DNA of 64,000 nt, taken from the NCBI GenBank assembly GCA_029262815.1, contig JAJCYS010000029.1:9837-73836 (forward strand), read 5' to 3'. Origin of the DNA: Deltaproteobacteria bacterium. Lineage in GTDB: Bacteria; Bdellovibrionota; JAJCYS01. The notes beneath the pieces were generated by a model. That model did no database searches and was not told where the DNA came from. It saw nothing but the letters and a program-made list of their open reading frames with translations. Shown piece by piece: positions 19,261-28,281 of the stretch. The stretch's first letter is position 1, and the number at the start of each line of letters is the position of its first letter. Made by a program: the position numbers and the translations under genes.

Positions 19261-20765
19261 AGATTAACTTCAAAGCCATCGGACTCATTGCAAGTTTAAC
19301 ATTTTTGACCAATATATTGGGTTTTGTGCGGGAGGTGTTATTCGCGAGGGCCTTTGGAACAACCGATGTTGCAGATGCTTTTATTACCGCATTTACAATA
19401 GCTTCAGCATTTTTCTTTATATTTCTGGCAGGTACGGTCCAACCTGCTTTCATGCCTCGGTATCAAGAATTGATTGCCAAACGAAAAGAGCAATCTGCGT
19501 CTTTGTTGTTCAAAAAGCTATTTTTGATACTAAGTGTACTATTTATAGGTGTGATTATAGTGCTTCAGTTTTCAGGCAGCACACTTGTCGATTGGGTTGT
19601 ACCTGGGTTTGATCCCAAAAAAAGGGAGCTAACAACACAAATCTTACTTTGGTTGACACCGATCATTTTATTTTTGGGTACATGTAGCTTACTCCAATCA
19701 GTCTTACATGCACACCAGCGTTTCTTTTGGCCAGCTATAGTCCCTTTTTTAAAAAACGTTGTGTTGATTCTGTCTATTATATTTCTTGTTCCCGTGTATG
19801 GAATAACAGGGCTAGCTGTAGGATTTATTTTAGGCTCTTTTTTGTGGTGGATTATGTTAGTTCCACCTGTCATCAAGGTACTCCCTAAATCAAGTGCAAA
19901 AGGTTCTAATATCGCAGAGCTAAAAAATGTAATGCTTAATTTATGGCCTTTATTGTGTCTGCTAACGGCTGATCAATTAAGTGCATTAATTCAAAAAGGA
20001 TTAGTTTCGGGACTCGGTACAGGATACATTTCAGCGCTGAGCTATGGTGCTAAAATCGCTGGTTTACCCATCGGGATATTTACCATGGCTGTTGCGACTG
20101 TTTATTTTCCAAGTCTGGTGAAAGCAATTCATTCCAAAGATAAGGATCAGAGTAAGTCTGAAGCCTTAAATGGCCTTTCAGCGATTGGTTTTCTAGCGAT
20201 ACCAGCGACCCTATTTATCATGCTTTATGCACCAATTTTGGTTGAGTTATTTTTTCAACGTGGTAGTTTTGATGTTCAGGCTACCGCATTAACATCACAT
20301 GCACTTACGTGGTATGCCCTGGGTATTTTACCTCAAAGTTTTATTGTCTTTTTTAACCGAATATACTTTTCAGCTGAACAAGTCAAAACACCTATGAAAA
20401 TTGGCGTTTTGAGTGCCATAATTCATATTATTTTCTGTTATTTCTCTGTCGGATGGATTGGATATATCGGTATAGCCATCGGGACTACATTATATGCCTG
20501 TGTGTATTGTTTATTGCTCTATTTACGAATAGGTCCTGTCATGCCGTTAAATTTTTCTGATTTATTTTCGGTAAACTACCGGCCTGTTTTAGCAAGTTTG
20601 CTGTTTATTCCAATTTCATTCTTAATTTCAGTTCACTCTCTAATGACCGTTATTTTAGTGATTATTGTCTCGGGTGTAGCCTATGTGGGCATGTTATGGC
20701 TTCTTAGAGATCCGTTATTGTTCAGTTTATTTGGGTATATGAAATTACGGTTGACCCGTTCTTGA
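19257..20765 (+). CDS. murJ: MurJ/MviN lipid II flippase family protein
   Basis: NILGFVREVLFARAFG..DAF, LPIGIF..A.ATV.FP, LFFQRGSF; many TM helices; ATGA overlap with the upstream gene at 19257. Confidence 0.9.
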   Translation: MKINFKAIGLIASLTFLTNILGFVREVLFARAFGTTDVADAFITAFTIASAFFFIFLAGTVQPAFMPRYQELIAKRKEQSASLLFKKLFLILSVLFIGVIIVLQFSGSTLVDWVVPGFDPKKRELTTQILLWLTPIILFLGTCSLLQSVLHAHQRFFWPAIVPFLKNVVLILSIIFLVPVYGITGLAVGFILGSFLWWIMLVPPVIKVLPKSSAKGSNIAELKNVMLNLWPLLCLLTADQLSALIQKGLVSGLGTGYISALSYGAKIAGLPIGIFTMAVATVYFPSLVKAIHSKDKDQSKSEALNGLSAIGFLAIPATLFIMLYAPILVELFFQRGSFDVQATALTSHALTWYALGILPQSFIVFFNRIYFSAEQVKTPMKIGVLSAIIHIIFCYFSVGWIGYIGIAIGTTLYACVYCLLLYLRIGPVMPLNFSDLFSVNYRPVLASLLFIPISFLISVHSLMTVILVIIVSGVAYVGMLWLLRDPLLFSLFGYMKLRLTRS

Positions 20766-20770
20766 AGTCT

Positions 20771-20860
20771 AGATTGTTTCGTGGGCTACGTCTCCTCGCA
20801 ATTGACTGGCTTTGATTTCGGTCACTCTCGAGGAGAGTCGTAAACCCGACGAAGCAATAT
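20771..20860. repeat. Inverted pair of REP-like elements (family 2) between convergent genes
   Basis: agattgtttcgtgggctacgtctcctcgcaattgac ... gtcactctcgaggagagtcgtaaacccgacgaagcaat; related copy at 32684-32735. Confidence 0.7.
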
Positions 20861-20884
20861 GAGTGTCAGCAGCGACATTTTCTC

Positions 20885-22513
20885 CTATTGATTAGATTGA
20901 AATTCAGGCGAATGAGCAATCTGAATTAAAAGATCGTCAAGGATCCCTATTAGTTTCTCGGTTGAGGCTAATTCCACTTTTTCGATGACTTCATGTTCAC
21001 CTTTTATGTTAGGTCCTAGTGCCAACATGGCTAAATTCTGATTCGAGTATTTTTCTGCAAAAAAGGCGACTTCAAGTCCACCCAACACAGTTTCTCTTTC
21101 GAATCCATATGTCGAGTTTTTTCCGTATTTTTCTAAAAAGAGCTGTAGGAGCCAATCATCCTGTTTGAGCAACCAACCCGGTAACGTAATAGGATTGTCA
21201 AGCGTGAATTTTGATCTTGAAAATAACTGACTGAACTCTGTTTGCATATCCACAAGCACCTCCGCATCAAACGATCGAGGCATTGAGGAAGTGAACATGC
21301 GTCTTTCTTGAGCACTCATGACTAAGGTGCTGATATTTGAAATGGTATAGGGTTCATCAGGAAATTGAGGGTGTGTGGCTACGATCCCATAAGGTAATTT
21401 GTTAATAATTTTAAGCAGCTTACTTGTCTTCTTTTTTGGGAAAGCTTTTTTATGAAGCTGTTTTTTCTTAAGAGATTTAAATTTTAGCTTGATCAATCCT
21501 GGATTTTCACCACGTGACGGTGGATTATCGTCGACAATCTCTTCCTTGTGAAACCTAGATTTGATCTCATCGAGGAAGGATTGAACTGTAGTTTCAACAG
21601 CTGATTTTGAGTTCTTCGGATAAGCAATATCCGCTTTGAAATATGTAGGGATTTTACTGTTGGGTGTACCGTCACCCACAATTGCATCAGCTACGTATAA
21701 GTTAGGGACGTTCTTATGTAACTTAATTAACAGTTCTGTCAAGAGTTTTACGGCATTAGCACGATCAAAAGGCACTTCGACACCTCCGTGTCCTCCGATC
21801 AGTCCTGATAGTTTTAGTGTGCCCTGATGATACGGTTTTGGAATGGTGACTACGGGAATGTTTGTTTTTTCAGCATTCAGGGTTTTGATGGCTACACAAC
21901 CTACACATACTCTCGGGAAACCAATATAATCAAGATTGATCAACACATTGGCCTTCAGGGGTAAAGTCATCTCCCCAACACCTAACATGCCTATTTCTTC
22001 GCCCCATGTAAACAGTAACCGGAGCGGTGGGTGGTTTAAAGAAGCCTTAGGTTCGGGGTTCATGTAGCGCATCATCATAGCTACGCCAATTCCGTTATCT
22101 GCGCCGATGGTTGTTTGTTGGTTTCTAGAGTGAAGCCAACCGTCAGTCTCTACTAGATCAATTTTAAATTCTTCACTAACATCCGCTTGGGTGATCACCA
22201 TATCTAAGTGAGATTGAAGAATCACAGTCGGTTTGTTTTGAAACTCGTCACCCCGGGCTGGAATGTCTACAAACAGGTTTCCATTATCTAAGGTGAATTC
22301 GTAATTGGATTGTTCTGCGATTGAAATGATGTACTTTCGGAGCCTCTCTTCACCCCGGGATGGGTGATAAATTTGTGTGATCGCACGGAAATTATTGATG
22401 ACTTGATCTAAGGCAGAAGCACATTTTTCAGAGGATGAGGCAAAACCCTGATTTACATCAAGAATTAAACAGGTACCCAGTATTATAGTCTTGAGAAAAT
22501 GAGATCTAGTCAT
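20885..22513 (-). CDS. pepD: M20C (PepD-like) dipeptidase with N-terminal signal peptide
   Basis: HPSRGE, LQSHLDMV, TTIGADNGIG, EEIGM, INLD, GGHGG, RANA, GGLE, GPNI..H...E. Confidence 0.85.
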   Translation of the reverse strand: MTRSHFLKTIILGTCLILDVNQGFASSSEKCASALDQVINNFRAITQIYHPSRGEERLRKYIISIAEQSNYEFTLDNGNLFVDIPARGDEFQNKPTVILQSHLDMVITQADVSEEFKIDLVETDGWLHSRNQQTTIGADNGIGVAMMMRYMNPEPKASLNHPPLRLLFTWGEEIGMLGVGEMTLPLKANVLINLDYIGFPRVCVGCVAIKTLNAEKTNIPVVTIPKPYHQGTLKLSGLIGGHGGVEVPFDRANAVKLLTELLIKLHKNVPNLYVADAIVGDGTPNSKIPTYFKADIAYPKNSKSAVETTVQSFLDEIKSRFHKEEIVDDNPPSRGENPGLIKLKFKSLKKKQLHKKAFPKKKTSKLLKIINKLPYGIVATHPQFPDEPYTISNISTLVMSAQERRMFTSSMPRSFDAEVLVDMQTEFSQLFSRSKFTLDNPITLPGWLLKQDDWLLQLFLEKYGKNSTYGFERETVLGGLEVAFFAEKYSNQNLAMLALGPNIKGEHEVIEKVELASTEKLIGILDDLLIQIAHSPEFQSNQ

Positions 22514-22548
22514 TGATACACCTCCAGCAGCTTATTTTAAGAGCTGTC

Positions 22549-22578
22549 ATCGTATTCAACTGGCTGTGTCTTTGTCAA
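22549..22578 (-). promoter_or_regulatory. Sigma70-type promoter for the pepD-like gene
   Basis: Minus strand TTGACA-18 nt-TACGAT; GGAGG RBS downstream. Confidence 0.55.
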
Positions 22579-22703
22579 AGTATAATTGATAAAAATATAT
22601 TAATCTTAGAGAAACAAAGTATAAAAATTGGAAAAACGGGTACTTAAGAACTAGTTGCACTACAAGAAAGAGCCGATTCATATACGTACATCATCTAAAC
22701 GAA

Positions 22704-23579
22704 TTAATTAGGTTTCTTTGCTGCGAACTCACGATAAAAATCCTTGAGATGACGGGTCCCCGTTTTCGGGGCATCAAAATTAAGTTGGCTTCCTTTGACA
22801 AAAAATGTGACAAGAGTTCCATAGTGTTTACTACACAAGCGAACGAACCAGGCAAGTATTTTCATGATCCATAAAGGAATGTGCCGAACTTTTGATTTTT
22901 TATTTAATGTTTCGAATGCCAATTCAGCGATGCTGTTCGTTGTGAATAAATCAGGCCCCCCAAGAGGGATTTCTGTTTCAGCGTGCGTTAAGGAATCGAC
23001 GCTGGCTTGTGCTAGATCAGCACCGTGTATAGGGTTGATGGTATAGGACCCACACCCGATGACATAGATTTTTCCACGTTGAGCCATTTTTAAATATTCA
23101 CTTAGATCCGAGAAATATCCAGTGGGGCAAAGAATACGATAATCTAAACCCGAGCATTTAAGTGTTTCTACAAATGCTCGACGGGCTGCAACAGAGTCTC
23201 CGAGTAAATGAGCATTGAATACGTAGACAAACACGAACTGTTTTACATGTGCTTGAACAGCTAGATCGAGAACGTTTTTGTTGCCTTGGAAATCCACATC
23301 CCAAAAGCTTGCTTTGCCTCTTTGGCGTGTGATGCCTAATGACGAATAAACGATGTCAATTCCGTCGCAAACGTTTGTTAGGGTTTCAGGCTTCGTTACT
23401 TCTCCCACAAAAATTTCATCCACACAGTCTTTCACTGCAGGCTCAAGAAAAGGGCCCGTCACTTCGAGTTTTTTTGGATTTCGAACTAAAACACGTACCC
23501 AATAGCCTGCATTTTTAAATGCCTGGATGGCGTACTTGCCTGCATATCCAGTTCCTCCAACCACTAACACTTTTTTCAT
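22704..23579 (-). CDS. Atypical SDR / NAD(P)H-binding oxidoreductase
   Basis: VLVVGGTGYAG, VDFQGNKN, PTGYFSD, NPIHGADLA. Confidence 0.9.
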   Translation of the reverse strand: MKKVLVVGGTGYAGKYAIQAFKNAGYWVRVLVRNPKKLEVTGPFLEPAVKDCVDEIFVGEVTKPETLTNVCDGIDIVYSSLGITRQRGKASFWDVDFQGNKNVLDLAVQAHVKQFVFVYVFNAHLLGDSVAARRAFVETLKCSGLDYRILCPTGYFSDLSEYLKMAQRGKIYVIGCGSYTINPIHGADLAQASVDSLTHAETEIPLGGPDLFTTNSIAELAFETLNKKSKVRHIPLWIMKILAWFVRLCSKHYGTLVTFFVKGSQLNFDAPKTGTRHLKDFYREFAAKKPN

Positions 23580-23732
23580 ACAACTTCCTTGATACTGCGT
23601 ATCATATCATTTGATTAAACCTTATGAGGTGAGTGTTTAGAGAAAGTAAAAAGTTCAAATTACAATGATGATAATTTTCTCTGGTTTTTAAGTCGAGATC
23701 AGGAGTACTCTAGTAATTCTAGGGGGTAGGGC

Positions 23733-24629
23733 GTGGAAACATACCAAACTGAACCGAATCGATTAACCAATCCCAAGAAACCTGCGAGACGAGCTAAGAC
23801 GCCAATAGGCGTAAAAGTTTTTCAAAATGTGTTTAAATTAGGCCGTGTTTCACCCAAATTGATGGGTCGGTTTGCTTATACGTTATGGTTTCGGACAAAT
23901 CGTAACCCACTCACAAAAAAAGAAAAAGAGTATTTGAGAGAGGCCCGGCATTATAAGGTGCCGTTCGGGAGTAAAGAGATTGCGGCCTTTTCTTGGGGTA
24001 ATAGTCACAAAAAAGTGCTTTTGGCTCATGGTTGGCTCGGTCGTGGAATCCATATGCGGTTTTTCATTGCGCCTTTTTTAAAAGCTGGATATGAAGTCAT
24101 TGCACTCGATGCCCCGGCACACGGACAATCGCCAGGAAAGCAGTCTGAATTATTTGAGTATGGGGATGCGATTCAGACAGTGGGCAAACTATTTGGTCCT
24201 TTTGAAGGGGTGTGCACGCATTCTGTGGGGGCAATTTCTACACTCATTGCTTTAAACCAAGGGTTTAAAGCTAAACGAATTGTCTGTTACAACACCCCAT
24301 GTCGGTTAGAGGCAATGGTTCAGTATTTTTCAGAAACATTACAAATTCCAAAAGCAGCTGTTTTAGAGATGGGTCAATTATTTGAAAAAAATTATGGGAA
24401 AGATTGTTGGGATCGTGCTTCGGGGGATACATACGCGAAGCATTTGTCTATACCCGCTTTAATCATTCACGACCGAGATGATCGAGAAATACCCATCGAA
24501 GAAGGTAGGCAATTAGCTAAAGTTTGGAAAAATTCTAAGTTTATCGAAACAGCTGGACTTGGTCACCGACGAATCTTAAGGGATGATGGTGCAATATCAA
24601 AATCAGTTCGATTCATTGGGAGAGAGTGA
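23733..24629 (+). CDS. Alpha/beta hydrolase
   Basis: LAHGW, DAPAHG, THSVG nucleophile elbow, IIHDRDD, GLGHRRIL. Confidence 0.9.
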   Translation: METYQTEPNRLTNPKKPARRAKTPIGVKVFQNVFKLGRVSPKLMGRFAYTLWFRTNRNPLTKKEKEYLREARHYKVPFGSKEIAAFSWGNSHKKVLLAHGWLGRGIHMRFFIAPFLKAGYEVIALDAPAHGQSPGKQSELFEYGDAIQTVGKLFGPFEGVCTHSVGAISTLIALNQGFKAKRIVCYNTPCRLEAMVQYFSETLQIPKAAVLEMGQLFEKNYGKDCWDRASGDTYAKHLSIPALIIHDRDDREIPIEEGRQLAKVWKNSKFIETAGLGHRRILRDDGAISKSVRFIGRE

Positions 24630-25294
24630 GGGTTTACGAGGTGGATAAGATCGCATATTTTTACTTTGATTACGTTTCACCCTATTCTTATTTAGCGTGG
24701 CGCAAGATTAAGCGACTAAAAGAAGAGAAAACTCTAGATATCAAACTCAAGCCTGTGTTGTTTGCCGGCTTACTGAATCACTGGGGTCAACTTGGACCAG
24801 CTGAAATCCCCCCAAAGCGAAAACACATGTTCGAACAATGTATCCGATATGCTCGATTGATGAATATTCCTTTCCAAGGTCCTAAGACGCATCCATTCAA
24901 CCCTCTTTCTGCATTACGCCTGTCAGTCCTAAACTCAGACGCAGCTGAGCAGTGGCAGTTGGTGGATGCTTTGTGGCAGGGCATTTGGGGTCTCGGCATT
25001 GATGCAGCCGACGAGTCTGCACTTGAAGATTTGGTAAATGGTGCGGGGTTAGATGCTAAATCTTATCTTTCTGAAATTAAAACAGAGGACATAAAAGAAC
25101 ATCTTAAGATGAATACCCAAGAAGCCATCCAAAATAATGTGTTTGGCGTACCCACAATTTTGGTTGATCAAAAGTTGTTTTGGGGGTTAGGGGATTTAGT
25201 ATTTTTGAATATGTATCTGTTTAACAAAGACCCGCTGGATGATCAAAAAGTAGCTCATATTTTAAATCGTCCAAAGTCTGCTAACCGTTTGTAA
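24626..25294 (+). CDS. DsbA-family 2-hydroxychromene-2-carboxylate isomerase / GST-kappa-like protein
   Basis: YFDYVSPYSYLA, GPAEIPPKR, HPFNPL, VFGVPT, LFWG. Confidence 0.9.
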   Translation: MRVYEVDKIAYFYFDYVSPYSYLAWRKIKRLKEEKTLDIKLKPVLFAGLLNHWGQLGPAEIPPKRKHMFEQCIRYARLMNIPFQGPKTHPFNPLSALRLSVLNSDAAEQWQLVDALWQGIWGLGIDAADESALEDLVNGAGLDAKSYLSEIKTEDIKEHLKMNTQEAIQNNVFGVPTILVDQKLFWGLGDLVFLNMYLFNKDPLDDQKVAHILNRPKSANRL

Positions 25295-25348
25295 TTTAAA
25301 CTGTTATTGACTTGTGTGGTACATCGTGCGAGTTATTTGTGATCAATT

Positions 25349-25364
25349 CTAGAACCGGTTCTAG
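25349..25364. repeat. 16-bp palindrome equal to the fused termini of MITE family B
   Basis: ctagaaccggttctag; the element at 63619-63796 begins ta-gaaccgg and ends ccggttc-ta. Confidence 0.5.
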
Positions 25365-25399
25365 TATAATGTGGGAAGGAGGGCCTCTCCTTTTTTCCT

Positions 25400-25996
25400 A
25401 TGAAATATTTTCTAATGTTTTTCTGCTTAGCCCACAGTTCAGTGCTAGGTGCTCATAACCATTGTGATCAAATTGAAAACGCCATTCAAAGGCTCCTGCA
25501 ATTAGAAAAAAAACATGTCGAAAAAATTCAACATCAGTCAGGTTTGATTGAATTTAAATATTTAGGATTGCCTGATCACTTTAATATTAGAAAATTAGAT
25601 ACTGATGAATTCTTCTATCACTATACAGATAATGAATCTGCAGACATTATTATGCAGAAAAAGAAAATAACTGTGGGCAAAGACCCTTATGTGTATATTA
25701 TACCGGCGGGTTCTTCAACGCTTTATATGACATACATGGACCTGACAGGTATCCAATTAATTAAAAACTTCGTTGATTTAAAAAAAGTTGGTGTACTACA
25801 AGCAGACAAAAAAACGCATGTATTTCAAGTCGAAGTTCCTAAAGGTTACTCAGTGATTGAAGTTCTATCCTCAGAATCCAATCGGTTATTCCATTTTATC
25901 CCTTTATCTAAGGGTTACGCTTTGCCACTTGATGCTAAGCTTATTCAATACCCAGGTATGAAAAATTCTCAGATGACGCTAAAAATGGACTTTTGA
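25400..25996 (+). CDS. Exported protein with HYD1-type ADP-ribosyltransferase-like signature
   Basis: Signal peptide then HNHC; FYHYTDNESADIIMQKKKI resembles the YHYT...I signature of Tox-ART-HYD1. Remaining motifs are weak. Confidence 0.6.
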   Translation: MKYFLMFFCLAHSSVLGAHNHCDQIENAIQRLLQLEKKHVEKIQHQSGLIEFKYLGLPDHFNIRKLDTDEFFYHYTDNESADIIMQKKKITVGKDPYVYIIPAGSSTLYMTYMDLTGIQLIKNFVDLKKVGVLQADKKTHVFQVEVPKGYSVIEVLSSESNRLFHFIPLSKGYALPLDAKLIQYPGMKNSQMTLKMDF

Positions 25997-26024
25997 TCCC
26001 CGTTTGTAAAGTTTAAATACTCAT

Positions 26025-26930
26025 ATGTCGATACGAGAGCATATGAGTTTTCGTTCTAAATCGTTGTGTTTCGTGTTGATCCTCGGTTTCTCTATGAGCA
26101 CACTTGTATATGCTCTATATGAGATGAGTGACTTAACGCCTGAAGCGATTGATCGTTGTTTATTTCAATATATGCCAGATAAATTGTTTGGTGATAAGAA
26201 CGGTCAGTACATTGAGATTGATGATATTAAAATGTATTACGAAGTCTATGGTTCTGGAGAACCCCTATTACTGCTTCATGGCGGAAGCGCTTTTATTGAA
26301 ACCTGGTGTGCTCAGATTACAGAACTATCTAAACATTTTACTGTAATTGTCCCCGAAACACGGGCACATGGTCGTACTTCAGATTCAGATAAGCCCTTAA
26401 CATACGAACAGTATGCTTTGGATTACGTTGAATTTTTGAGAAAGCTAAACTTAAATCGTGTTCATATCGTAGGTTGGAGTAGTGGTGCAGTTGTGGGACT
26501 TGAGTTGGCACTTAAGCATCCCGAGTTGATCAAAAAACTTATTTTGATCGGTATATTTTATGACAGGCACAAGGGTGGGACAGAAATATTAAATAATACA
26601 CTCAAAAATGCAACGGCTGATAGTTGGAACGGAAAATGGTTTTATCAGATTTTGTCACCGACTCCCGAACGATGGCCGATAGTCTTTAGAAAATTAAAAA
26701 AATTATGGACCGAATCCCCAACGTACACGGCTGACCAAATGAGAGGCATTCAAAAAGAAATTTTGATTATGAATGGGCGTGACGAAGAGTGGATTCGTAC
26801 GCAACATGCACTCGAGTTGCACCAACTGCTCAAAAACTCAACCTTTGTCTCTGTTCCCAATACAGGGCATTGGTTACCTACAGAGAGCCCCAAAGCCGTT
26901 AACGGTCAAATTATTAATTTTCTTAAATAG
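26025..26930 (+). CDS. Exported alpha/beta hydrolase
   Basis: YYEVYGSGEPLLLLHGG, GWSSG nucleophile motif, GHW catalytic His; hydrophobic N-terminus. Confidence 0.9.
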   Translation: MSIREHMSFRSKSLCFVLILGFSMSTLVYALYEMSDLTPEAIDRCLFQYMPDKLFGDKNGQYIEIDDIKMYYEVYGSGEPLLLLHGGSAFIETWCAQITELSKHFTVIVPETRAHGRTSDSDKPLTYEQYALDYVEFLRKLNLNRVHIVGWSSGAVVGLELALKHPELIKKLILIGIFYDRHKGGTEILNNTLKNATADSWNGKWFYQILSPTPERWPIVFRKLKKLWTESPTYTADQMRGIQKEILIMNGRDEEWIRTQHALELHQLLKNSTFVSVPNTGHWLPTESPKAVNGQIINFLK

Positions 26931-26984
26931 TTCCTGGCAGCCGATTAAGTAAAAATAGTCGTTTTTGCTTGAAAAACCGTCAAT

Positions 26985-28271
26985 TTGTGGTCAAAATCAG
27001 TCCGCATGAATACCATTAAATTGATCTTTGTGTTGGGTGCTGTTTCATTAATCTCTCAAGTTTACTCGGCCAACATTGATTTCTGGAAAATCCAACGTAG
27101 GGGCGCCAATTGTTTTTCTAATGTGCCCAAGGCAGAGCGTTTTCGGGATGCGAAAAAAATGGGAATTTCGGTCATGCGTATCACACCCAGCAAATGGCTA
27201 AACGGTCGGCATGAATCTAAAATGGGAAATTTTTTAATTGGGCCAAAGGATGCCTATGTAGGATTGATCAAAAAAGACCTAGATTATCTTGTTACAGTTT
27301 TGGGTGATGCGCATAAAGCAGGGATTAAGATAGTCCTGACACTTCTGAGTTTACCCGGATCTCGGTGGTCACAGCACAACATCATTAATGGCAAACGTGT
27401 TCAACAGCTGGATCTATGGAAAGATTTTAAATATCACAAACAAGCCGCTGATGTCTGGCAGAATTTGGCGAAAAGACTTAACAATCATCCTGCTGTTGTA
27501 GGCTACAATATTTTGAATGAGCCTGTTCCTGAGTTAGTCCATCCAAAGCTCAGAGATTGGTACACGGGTGATTATAAAGCCTGGCACAAAAAAATAAAGG
27601 GAACGGCAGCGGATTTAAATGTTTTCTATAAAACGGTCATCGCCGCAATACGAAAAGAAGATCAAGACACTCCCATCATCGTTGATACAGGTTTTTATGC
27701 GACTCCCTATGGTATTCAAATTTTAAACCCTAAAACTTTGAATGATCCCAACCTTATCTATGCCATGCATCATTATATTCCGTACCGTTATATCGGGAAT
27801 GGAAATACGGGCTATGCGTACGGAGATAAAATACCTATCGGAGAACTTGATGTAAAGGGAGAAAAAGGATCGCATGCACCTTATGCACCCCTTGTAGTAT
27901 GGGATAAAACATCAATGAAATCATTTTATGCTCCGGTTTTAAAATGGATCGAAAAATTCAATATTCCATCCAATCGTATATTTGTCAGTGAATTTGGCGC
28001 GCATAGAACTACCGAGGGCATTGTCTCTTATTTCAAAGATGCGATACAAATGTTTGATGCGTTGAATTGGCATTGGGCTTTTTATGCATTTCGAGAAGAT
28101 GATGGATATCCACCTATGGACTATGAGTTAGGTCTCAAAAGTATTTCTAAAGATCATCCATACTGGACGTGTGCATGGAATTATTCTTGCGCCAAAAAAG
28201 GCCTATACAAGCCACATAATTCCCTTTGGAACGTTATTCAAGCAGGTCTAAAAGGGACGAACCGTAAGTAA
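26985..28271 (+). CDS. Glycoside hydrolase family 5 (cellulase superfamily), exported; likely start ATG 27006
   Basis: YNILNEP (acid/base), HHY, FVSEFG (nucleophile), WAFY; signal peptide. Confidence 0.9.
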   Translation: MWSKSVRMNTIKLIFVLGAVSLISQVYSANIDFWKIQRRGANCFSNVPKAERFRDAKKMGISVMRITPSKWLNGRHESKMGNFLIGPKDAYVGLIKKDLDYLVTVLGDAHKAGIKIVLTLLSLPGSRWSQHNIINGKRVQQLDLWKDFKYHKQAADVWQNLAKRLNNHPAVVGYNILNEPVPELVHPKLRDWYTGDYKAWHKKIKGTAADLNVFYKTVIAAIRKEDQDTPIIVDTGFYATPYGIQILNPKTLNDPNLIYAMHHYIPYRYIGNGNTGYAYGDKIPIGELDVKGEKGSHAPYAPLVVWDKTSMKSFYAPVLKWIEKFNIPSNRIFVSEFGAHRTTEGIVSYFKDAIQMFDALNWHWAFYAFREDDGYPPMDYELGLKSISKDHPYWTCAWNYSCAKKGLYKPHNSLWNVIQAGLKGTNRK

Positions 28272-28281
28272 AATTCATAAT

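Noticed and set aside
23664..23682. Possible Fur box (aatgatgataattttctct)
   Set aside because: Only about 11 of 19 positions match in AT-rich DNA, and the flanking genes are not iron-related.
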